DNA from: Clostridia bacterium
Lineage (GTDB): Bacteria > Bacillota > Clostridia > Christensenellales > SZUA-584
DNA: 64,000 nucleotides
Direction: 5' to 3'
Assembly (NCBI GenBank): GCA_018648645.1
Contig: JABGQS010000001.1
Coordinates: forward strand, 40,298-104,297
Below the pieces are notes generated by a model. That model was not told the origin of the DNA. It ran no database searches and saw only the letters and a program-made list of their open reading frames with translations. This document shows positions 56,430 to 64,000 of this stretch, one piece after another. Positions within the stretch are counted from its first letter, which is position 1; the number at the start of each line of letters is the position of its first letter. The translations under genes were made by a program, and so were the position numbers.

Positions 56430-57575
56430 ATGAAGAAAATTGCGATACTTGGCGCTACCGGCTCTATTGGCCGTCAAGCGCTCGACATAATTGAAAAAAA
56501 CCCTGATTTGTTTACTGTGACAGCGCTTACTGCGCACAGGGATAGTGAGCAGCTTATCTCACTCGCCAAGAAATTTGGAGCGAAATACGTTGGGCTTACG
56601 GGCGTCAGCGGTGACATTGAGCTTGAAAAGAAGGTGCCAAAGGGTGTGGATGTTGGGTTTGGTATCCGCGCGCTTGTAGAATCTTGCGCAGCCGGCAACC
56701 CGGACATCGTTTTGATTGCGGTGGTTGGTATTGCGGGGCTTCCTCCGCTGGTCGAGTGTCTGGAGCACGGCACGAACGTTGCGCTTGCCAACAAAGAATC
56801 GCTCGTTTGCGGCGGACACATTGTAAAAGAAAAGCAGAAGACGTCAAAGTCAGAGCTTTTCCCGGTAGACAGCGAGCTTTGTGCGGTGTATCAGTGCCTC
56901 AAAGGCGTGGACACCACCGGGCTGCGACGTGTGATATTAACTGCGTCGGGAGGACCGTTCTTTGACTGGAGCAAAGAAGACATTGCGAACGCGACGGTAG
57001 AGCAGGCGCTGCGTCACCCAAACTGGAACATGGGAAAAAAGATTACCGTAGACTGCGCGACGTACATGAACAAAGGACTTGAGATTATCGAAACCAAGTG
57101 GCTGTTTGACATTTCGCCCGAGATGATTGATGTGGTGGTGCACAGGCAAAGCATCATTCATTCTATGATTGAGTATAATGATGGGGCTGTGATTGCGCAG
57201 ATGGGACCGACCGATATGCGTCAGCCGATACAATATGCATTTGGACACCCCGAACGCCTTGAGAGCGCAGTTGGGCATCTTGATTTTGCTTCACTGAAGT
57301 CGCTGACGTTTGACAAGCCAGACCTAAATAAGTTCCCGTGTCTGCGGCACGCGATGGACGCTATCAGTGAGGGCGGAGCTATGCCGGTGATACTAAACGC
57401 GGCGAACGAAGCTGCGGTCGAACTGTTTCTTGAACGCAAGATACCGTTTGGCGGAATAGAGCAGGCGGTGGCAAGCGCGATGAGCAAATTCGCGCATCTG
57501 AAAGCGGGTACGCTGCTCGAAATATACAACACCGACACTGAAGTAAAAAGATTTGTATATAATAATTTAAAATAG
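56430..57575 (+). CDS. dxr: 1-deoxy-D-xylulose 5-phosphate reductoisomerase
   Basis: LGATGSIG, LANKESLV, PVDSE, LTASGGPF, HPNW.MG.KITVD, NAANE. Confidence 0.97.
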   Translation: MKKIAILGATGSIGRQALDIIEKNPDLFTVTALTAHRDSEQLISLAKKFGAKYVGLTGVSGDIELEKKVPKGVDVGFGIRALVESCAAGNPDIVLIAVVGIAGLPPLVECLEHGTNVALANKESLVCGGHIVKEKQKTSKSELFPVDSELCAVYQCLKGVDTTGLRRVILTASGGPFFDWSKEDIANATVEQALRHPNWNMGKKITVDCATYMNKGLEIIETKWLFDISPEMIDVVVHRQSIIHSMIEYNDGAVIAQMGPTDMRQPIQYAFGHPERLESAVGHLDFASLKSLTFDKPDLNKFPCLRHAMDAISEGGAMPVILNAANEAAVELFLERKIPFGGIEQAVASAMSKFAHLKAGTLLEIYNTDTEVKRFVYNNLK

Positions 57576-57687
57576 TCTGCGTTTTAGCAGGTTTCTTGTG
57601 ATATAATAATAAACAGCAATTTGACGATTTGAAACTGGGCGCATATGCCCGGCATGTTTTTTGAGTTGCGGTAAAAGGAGGCATTTC

Positions 57688-58746
57688 TTGGACACATTTT
57701 TATCGATAATAAGCATCATAGGCGCACTGGTCATTCTTGGAATCATTATTATGGTTCACGAGCTTGGACACTATAGCATTGGGCGGCTATGCAAAATAAG
57801 AATTTTAGAGTTTTCCGTCGGCTTTGGACCAAAGATAAAGAGCTGGGTAAAAAACGGCATTATATATTCCATCCGCTGGATATGGCTCGGCGGTTTCACT
57901 AAGTTTTATGGTGAAGACGATGAGCTTGATGACACCGAAGCGTTTAACAAACAGCCGGCGGGCAGGCGTGCATTGACCATTGCTGCCGGTCCTGCGTTTA
58001 ATATCGTATTTGCGTTCTTGTTTGCAGTGTTGGTGCTGAGCGCTTTTGGCGAGTTTGTACCCGTAGTCAATGAGGTTTGGGAAGGCGGACCTGCACAGGA
58101 AGCCGGGATTCGAGAAGGCGACATTATTGTTGAAATGAACGGCGTGGATATTGACTTTATGATGGAGACTGCGGCGGCAGGGAGAAAAGCTAACGAGCAG
58201 AGCATGACAATTACCGTTCTTCGAGGTGAGCAGGAGATATCATACGATTTAGAAAAACAGTATTTTGAAACATATGGTGAGCTGCAAATCGGCAGAAACA
58301 TGGCAGGATTCTCATATACACATGAACCTACAACGTTTGGTTTTTTTGAGGCAATAGCGCTGTCGTTTAAATGGACGTTCTCTGCATTTAGGGAAACGGT
58401 GATAGGATTTTTAGCTTTGTTCTCGGGCTTATTTGCGGGAGCAGTTCCTGAAGGAGTAAAGGGAATAGGAGGTATTGTTGAGGAACTTGGGTATGCGCTG
58501 CGACAAAACTTTATGTATCTATTGCAGCTTTGCGCAGTGATTAACATAAGCCTTGCAGTGTTTAATATAGCCCCACTGCCTGCACTGGACGGAGGACGAC
58601 TGGTATTTATCGGTATCGAGAAAGTGTTTAGAAAACCGGTGCCGAGAAAGGTAGAAGGAGTAATTCATTTTGTTGGAATCATATTATTGTTTGGCTTGAT
58701 GGGATTCTTCTTGTTCCGCGATGCAGTTGGATGGTTTGGTGGCTGA
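57688..58746 (+). CDS. rseP: RIP metalloprotease RseP
   Basis: HELGH, FSVGFGP, AGP..N, PDZ-like segment, N..P.PALDGG. Confidence 0.95.
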   Translation: MDTFLSIISIIGALVILGIIIMVHELGHYSIGRLCKIRILEFSVGFGPKIKSWVKNGIIYSIRWIWLGGFTKFYGEDDELDDTEAFNKQPAGRRALTIAAGPAFNIVFAFLFAVLVLSAFGEFVPVVNEVWEGGPAQEAGIREGDIIVEMNGVDIDFMMETAAAGRKANEQSMTITVLRGEQEISYDLEKQYFETYGELQIGRNMAGFSYTHEPTTFGFFEAIALSFKWTFSAFRETVIGFLALFSGLFAGAVPEGVKGIGGIVEELGYALRQNFMYLLQLCAVINISLAVFNIAPLPALDGGRLVFIGIEKVFRKPVPRKVEGVIHFVGIILLFGLMGFFLFRDAVGWFGG

Positions 58747-58747
58747 T

Positions 58748-59791
58748 ATGAAAAGCACAAGAGCGGTGCGTGTGGGCAACGTAGTAATCGGCGGGGACAA
58801 TCCCGTGCTGATTCAGTCGATGACCAACACGGACACATGCGATATAGATAAGACGCTGGCGCAGATTGAGGCGTTGACTGCAGCGGGCTGTGAGGCGGTT
58901 CGATGTACGTTCAACAATGCGGAGTGCGCCGATGCGTTTAAGCAAATAAAAAAGAGCATTGATATTCCGTTGATTGCGGATGTGCATTTTGACCACGAGC
59001 TTGCGATCTTAGCGCTACAAAACGGTGCTGACAAAGTGCGCATTAATCCCGGAAACATAGGCGGGCAGGCAGAGCTTGAAAAGGTTGTGCAGTGCGCGAA
59101 GGGGCTAGGCAAAGCGATACGGGTCGGAGTGAATTCGGGTTCGCTCGAGAAGCAGATACAAGACGAGTATGGTGTGAGCGCAAAAGCGCTGGCGATGAGC
59201 GCAGTAAACAGTGTGCGGTTTGTACATAGCTTAGGGTTTTATGACGTTGTGGCTTCGATTAAGTCGTCGTCTGTGCCCGTGTGTGTGGAGGCATGCAGGA
59301 TGTTTGCAGAGCAGTGCGACGCTCCGCAGCATATCGGCATAACCGAAGCGGGCACGTACAACAATGCAATAATCAAATCGGCAGTCGGGCTTGGTGCGCT
59401 GCTGCTGGATGGCATCGGCGATACAATTCGTGTTTCCATTACGGGAGACCCGGTGTATGAAATTGAGGCAGCTCAGCGGATATTGCAAAGCGCGGGGATA
59501 CGCACGTTTTTCCCCGAGGTTATAAGCTGCCCGACGTGCGGACGCACAAAAATTGACGTGTCCGAGTTGGCAGAAAAGGTCGAGGCTATTTTGCAAGCGG
59601 AGAATAAACGCATTACGGCGGCGGTTATGGGATGCGCGGTCAACGGACCCGGTGAAGCAAAGCACGCGGACATCGGTATTGCGGGCGGCGGGAAAAAGGC
59701 AGCGCTGTTTGCAAAGGGCGAGCTTGTGGGTACATACGAGCAGGGCGATGTGTTGGAAGCATTTACTTCATATATTAGACAGAATTTTTAG
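58748..59791 (+). CDS. ispG: HMBPP synthase IspG
   Basis: QSMTNT, RINPGN, RVGVNSGS, GITEAG, GDTIRVS, SCPTCGR, MGC.VNGPGE. Confidence 0.97.
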   Translation: MKSTRAVRVGNVVIGGDNPVLIQSMTNTDTCDIDKTLAQIEALTAAGCEAVRCTFNNAECADAFKQIKKSIDIPLIADVHFDHELAILALQNGADKVRINPGNIGGQAELEKVVQCAKGLGKAIRVGVNSGSLEKQIQDEYGVSAKALAMSAVNSVRFVHSLGFYDVVASIKSSSVPVCVEACRMFAEQCDAPQHIGITEAGTYNNAIIKSAVGLGALLLDGIGDTIRVSITGDPVYEIEAAQRILQSAGIRTFFPEVISCPTCGRTKIDVSELAEKVEAILQAENKRITAAVMGCAVNGPGEAKHADIGIAGGGKKAALFAKGELVGTYEQGDVLEAFTSYIRQNF

Positions 59792-59802
59792 GGGGAAGAC
59801 GG

Positions 59803-62800
59803 TTGGCACAGAACGATTTCTTTAAAACGCTGATAGACGCAGTAAAGGTTGATGAGCGATTTGAGCTGGAGTTTGTTCGGATACAGCACGATGTAGCCGG
59901 GGGCTTTTTTTTGATTCATTTTACGAGCAAAGTGCTGCCGCCTGCGCTCTATCTTCAAATAGAAAAGTTTGTTAGGAAAACTGTTGGTGCAAAGACAAAG
60001 ATATTTATCGCGTATTCTGATGTAGAGCAGCACAGTGACGAGCAGATATTCACACACATCAAAGAGCTGTGCTGCGAAAAGCGACAGTCATTAACGCCGT
60101 TTTTGGTACGCGCACAAATGAGCCGAGAAAAGCATGTGATAAGCATTGCGTTTGCGGACGACTTTGGCAGAGATATATTCAGCTCTAGCGGGCTTGATAT
60201 GTATATCGAAGACTATTTTTCGCGGTGTTTTAACCAAAAGGTGAAACTGAAAACAGACAGGCACTTTGACGGCAAAAGTGAAACGCACAAGCTGGCGGAT
60301 GCTCAGAAAGAGATGCTGAAGCAATCGGCAAAAGTGATGGAAGAGAAGGAAGAGAAGCAAGACAAGCCCGAAAGCGAAGCGCAAAGCAAGAAAAAGGGCG
60401 GGTTGCTGCACGGCAAAGCGATTGAGCGCGAGCCGATGCCCATCAGCAAAATTGAAGAGCTGACAGGACCATGTGCTATTGTCGGAAACGTGCTTGGCAT
60501 CAAGTCGTTTGACATAAAGAACGAGGCGCGCGGGAAAAAGTCGATTCTCATATTCAATGTGACGGATTTTACCTCGACAATTACTTGCAAGGCATTCGTG
60601 AGCAGAATTAAATGCGAGACGCTTAAAAAGTCGCTGAAAAATGCCGGTGCGGTAAAGGTGGAAGGCAGGTCGCGATACGACGATTACAGCCGGGAAATCT
60701 GCGTGATGGTGAACAATATCGAAGCGACGCATGCAGCCCGGCGCGAGGACAACGCGAAGGTGAAGCGAGTTGAGCTGCACATGCACACAAACATGAGCGC
60801 GCTTGACGGCGTGGCGGACGAAAAAGCGGTGGTTTTGCGCGCGGCTGAGTTTGGACACGATGCGATAGCGATTACCGATCACGGTGTTGTGCAGGCGTTT
60901 CCAAAAGCGTTTGACACGGCGAACAAGTGCAAAATCAAAGTGATATACGGCATGGAAGCGTATATGATTGACGATACGAATGACACTTTTACCGAGCAGT
61001 TTGAGCACGAGTATATCGTGTTTGACCTTGAGACGACGGGGCTGAAACCGCAGCAAAACGGCATCACCGAGATTGGCGCTGTGCGGTGGCGCGATGGCGA
61101 GATTATCGACACATTTAACACGTTTGTAAACCCCGGACAGCCAATAAGTGCGGAGATTACGCGCGTGACGGGCATCACAAACGAGATGGTGGCGGACGCG
61201 CCGAACATGGGCGAGGCGCTAAGCGCGTTCAAGAAGTATATCGGTGACGGGGTTTTGGCCGCGCACAATGCTCCGTTTGATATGAGTTTTATCAACAAGC
61301 ACGGGGACGACAACGATATTGATTTTGACAACGAGTGTTTGGATACGGTTCCGTTATTTCGGCGCGCGATGCCGGGGCACAGATCGTACAGCCTTGGCAA
61401 GCTTGCGGCAGACCTTGGTATCAAACTGCGACACCACCGCGCGCAGGATGACGCCGAGTGCACGGCGAAGATTCTCTCGATGGCGATTGACGCGATTAGG
61501 CAGGGAAACCGGAAAGCAAAGGATAGCACGAGCTTTCATGTGATATTGTTGTGCAAAGATAAAACGGGACTTTTTAATCTGTATAAGCTGGTGAGCGAGT
61601 CGCACATCAACCATTTTTATCGGCGTCCGCGCATACCAAAGACGCTGCTTGAAGAACATCGAGAAGGATTGATTGTTGGAACCGCTTGCGAGGCGGGCGA
61701 GCTGATTACCGCGATACTTGGTAATAAGTCGGACCAGGAAATTGAGCGCATTGCGCAGTTTTATGACTATCTTGAGATACAGCCCGATTGCAACAATGCG
61801 TTTATGGTGCGCGATGGCAAACTGCGAAACATGGAAGCCGTGCGCGACATTACGAGAAAGATTGTTGCGCTGGGTGAGCGTATCGACAAGAGCGTTGTGG
61901 CAACGTGCGACGCGCATTTTATCGAACCGAATGACGAGTATTTCCGGCGCATATTGATGCACGGGCAGGGGTACAGAGACGCGGACGAGCAGGCAGCGCT
62001 GTTCTTTAGGACAACGGACGAGATGCTTGAGCAGTTCGCTTATCTCGGCGAGGAAAAAGCGTATGAGGTTGTTGTAGAGAACACGCGAGCGATTGCGGAG
62101 CAGATAGGGAGGATACAACTGCTGCCCGACGAACCTGCGATGCCCGAGATTGACGGTGCGGCAGAAAAGCTTGAAAAAATGGCGTTTGACAACGCAAAGG
62201 CGATGTACGGAGACGAGCTGCCGGATATCGTGAACGATCGGTTGACGTATGAGCTTGATTCGATTATAAAACACGGGTACGGGGTGTTGTATTATATCGC
62301 GTATGAGCTGGTGAAACACTCGCTTGAGAACGGATATCTCGTTGGGTCGCGTGGCTCGGTCGGCTCTTCGTTTGCTGCGACGATGTCGGGGATTACCGAG
62401 GTGAACCCGCTGCCGCCGCACTACGTGTGCCCAAAGTGCAAGCATAGCGATTTTGACGTGGATGCGCATAGCTATACATGCGGACCGGACTTGCCGAGCA
62501 AGGATTGCCCAGAGTGCGGCACGGAATATAGCCGAGAGGGCTTTGGTATACCGTTTGCTGTTTTCCTCGGCATCAATGCCGACAAGGTGCCGGACATAGA
62601 TTTGAATTTTTCTGGCGAGTATCAACCGCAAGCGCACAAGTTTACTGTCGATTATTTTGGCGAGGACTATGTGTTCCGCGCAGGCACAATAAGCAGCATT
62701 GCTGAGCGAACAGCGTTTGGGTTCGTTAAGGGATATATGAACGACAAGCAGATTGTGTCGACCAAAGCAGAGGTAGAACGATTGGTGGAAGGCGTCAGTG

Positions 62801-64000
62801 GAACAAAGCGTACAACAGGGCAGCACCCTGGTGGATTAGTCATATTGCCCAAAAACCGCGACATCAACGAGTTTACGCCTGTGCAGCGCCCCGCCAACGA
62901 TATGAGCAGCGAAAGTATTACCACGCATTATAACTTTGACTCTCTGCACGACCGGCTGGTCAAGCTCGATATACTGGGGCATGACGACCCGACCGCGCTG
63001 CATATGCTGCAGGAGTTGACGGGGATAGACCCAAAAACGATACCTATTAACGACCCGCAGACGATATCGCTGTTTTCATCATTGAACAGCCTTGACCTTA
63101 CCAGCGACCAAATACTTGGGTGCAGAGTTGGCAGCCTTGGCATTCCGGAATTCGGCACCAAGTTTGTGCGGCAAATGCTGCTGGACACCATGCCAACGAC
63201 GATTGGCGAGCTGATACGAATAAGCGGGCTCTCGCACGGGACAGACGTTTGGATTAACAACGCACACGACCTAATCAAAAAAGGTACTGCGACGCTGCGC
63301 GAGGCGATATGCACGCGCGACGACATTATGAACTATTTGGTTGGCAAGGGCATGGACGAAACAGAGTCGTTCTACATCATGGAGTCTGTGCGAAAAGGCA
63401 AGGGATTGAAAAAAGAGTGGCAGGCCGGCATGAAGAAAGCGGGCGTACCAAAGTGGTTTATTAACTCGTGCAAAAAAATCAAGTACATGTTCCCCAAAGC
63501 GCATGCTGTGGCGTATGTAACAATGGCGCTTAGGATTGCTTATTTTAAGGTACATCATCCGCTGGAGTTCTATGCGACATACTTTACCGTAAGGGCGGAC
63601 AACCTTGACGCGATGTATTTGCACTCTGCGGACACTATCAGAAAAAAAATAAACGAGATTGAGCGCGCCGGCAAAGAAGCGACAACGCTTGACCTCTCGC
63701 AGCTGACCATACTTGAAATTGCGCTTGAGATGTGCGAGCGCGGGTATTCGTTTTTGCCGTGCGATTTGTACAAGTCTCACGCGACAAAGTGTGTTATTGA
63801 GGACAATCAACTGCGGCTGCCGTTCACCGCTCTTGGCGGCACGGGCGAAACAGCGGCAAAACGCATAGTGGAAGCGAGAGAGCAGGGCGAGTTTTTGTCT
63901 GTTGAGGACTTGAAGCAGCGTGCGCGGATATCGAGCGCGGTTATCGAGAAGCTTAATGAAGACGGCTGTTTGAAAGACATGAGAGCCAGCAATCAAATCA
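59803..64000 (+). CDS. polC: DNA polymerase III PolC (3'-truncated by window edge; absent from the ORF track)
   Basis: Manual frame-1 translation from TTG 59803: ELHMHTNMS..DG, AITDHG, VFDLETTG (exonuclease), GSRGSVGSS, KVPDIDLNF, KLDILGHDDP, YMFPKAHA. Confidence 0.96.
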   Translation, partial: MAQNDFFKTLIDAVKVDERFELEFVRIQHDVAGGFFLIHFTSKVLPPALYLQIEKFVRKTVGAKTKIFIAYSDVEQHSDEQIFTHIKELCCEKRQSLTPFLVRAQMSREKHVISIAFADDFGRDIFSSSGLDMYIEDYFSRCFNQKVKLKTDRHFDGKSETHKLADAQKEMLKQSAKVMEEKEEKQDKPESEAQSKKKGGLLHGKAIEREPMPISKIEELTGPCAIVGNVLGIKSFDIKNEARGKKSILIFNVTDFTSTITCKAFVSRIKCETLKKSLKNAGAVKVEGRSRYDDYSREICVMVNNIEATHAARREDNAKVKRVELHMHTNMSALDGVADEKAVVLRAAEFGHDAIAITDHGVVQAFPKAFDTANKCKIKVIYGMEAYMIDDTNDTFTEQFEHEYIVFDLETTGLKPQQNGITEIGAVRWRDGEIIDTFNTFVNPGQPISAEITRVTGITNEMVADAPNMGEALSAFKKYIGDGVLAAHNAPFDMSFINKHGDDNDIDFDNECLDTVPLFRRAMPGHRSYSLGKLAADLGIKLRHHRAQDDAECTAKILSMAIDAIRQGNRKAKDSTSFHVILLCKDKTGLFNLYKLVSESHINHFYRRPRIPKTLLEEHREGLIVGTACEAGELITAILGNKSDQEIERIAQFYDYLEIQPDCNNAFMVRDGKLRNMEAVRDITRKIVALGERIDKSVVATCDAHFIEPNDEYFRRILMHGQGYRDADEQAALFFRTTDEMLEQFAYLGEEKAYEVVVENTRAIAEQIGRIQLLPDEPAMPEIDGAAEKLEKMAFDNAKAMYGDELPDIVNDRLTYELDSIIKHGYGVLYYIAYELVKHSLENGYLVGSRGSVGSSFAATMSGITEVNPLPPHYVCPKCKHSDFDVDAHSYTCGPDLPSKDCPECGTEYSREGFGIPFAVFLGINADKVPDIDLNFSGEYQPQAHKFTVDYFGEDYVFRAGTISSIAERTAFGFVKGYMNDKQIVSTKAEVERLVEGVSGTKRTTGQHPGGLVILPKNRDINEFTPVQRPANDMSSESITTHYNFDSLHDRLVKLDILGHDDPTALHMLQELTGIDPKTIPINDPQTISLFSSLNSLDLTSDQILGCRVGSLGIPEFGTKFVRQMLLDTMPTTIGELIRISGLSHGTDVWINNAHDLIKKGTATLREAICTRDDIMNYLVGKGMDETESFYIMESVRKGKGLKKEWQAGMKKAGVPKWFINSCKKIKYMFPKAHAVAYVTMALRIAYFKVHHPLEFYATYFTVRADNLDAMYLHSADTIRKKINEIERAGKEATTLDLSQLTILEIALEMCERGYSFLPCDLYKSHATKCVIEDNQLRLPFTALGGTGETAAKRIVEAREQGEFLSVEDLKQRARISSAVIEKLNEDGCLKDMRASNQI

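Noticed and set aside
60091-63996. Long minus-strand ORFs (321, 490 and 241 aa)
   Set aside because: Antisense shadows of polC with no recognisable motifs.

Overview
A 64-kb, mostly core-genome chromosomal segment of an anaerobic Gram-positive bacterium. The genes present (PolC, SigH, SCIFF ranthipeptide, Rex, short EF-Ts) point to class Clostridia; a finer taxon cannot be fixed from the sequence alone. Contents in order: end of a CoA-disulfide reductase/rhodanese gene; a UvrD/PcrA-type helicase divergent from an AT-rich orphan with a PD-(D/E)xK-like N-terminus; a PadR/membrane pair; rex-yjbQ; two tandem VanW-domain genes; a CxxC-x17-CxxC zinc-ribbon gene with a structured leader; a 5'-nucleotidase lipoprotein; amt-glnA with an attenuator-like leader; PBP2-minCDE; pgi; a GGDEF protein; TPP riboswitch-thiT; an HD nucleotidase; mrnC-rlmB-NYN-[SdhA/NadB-fold flavoprotein]-sigH; a three-gene FAD oxidoreductase; scfAB plus a gamma-carbonic-anhydrase-like gene; glpP with a divergent ackA; a lysophospholipase-like hydrolase; a SigB-type partner-switching module; yggS-sepF-divIVA; glycolipid/Galf genes; and rpsB-tsf-pyrH-frr-uppS-cdsA-dxr-rseP-ispG-polC (polC runs off the end and is missing from the ORF track). 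No rRNA, tRNA, CRISPR array, transposase or integrase was seen. The most notable observation is a four-gene SigB-like module in which the RsbW-position protein has lost its kinase motifs, while a separate intact kinase follows, preceded by a consensus SigB promoter (GTTTAA-N14-GGGTAT). All calls come from motif recognition by eye; no searches were run.
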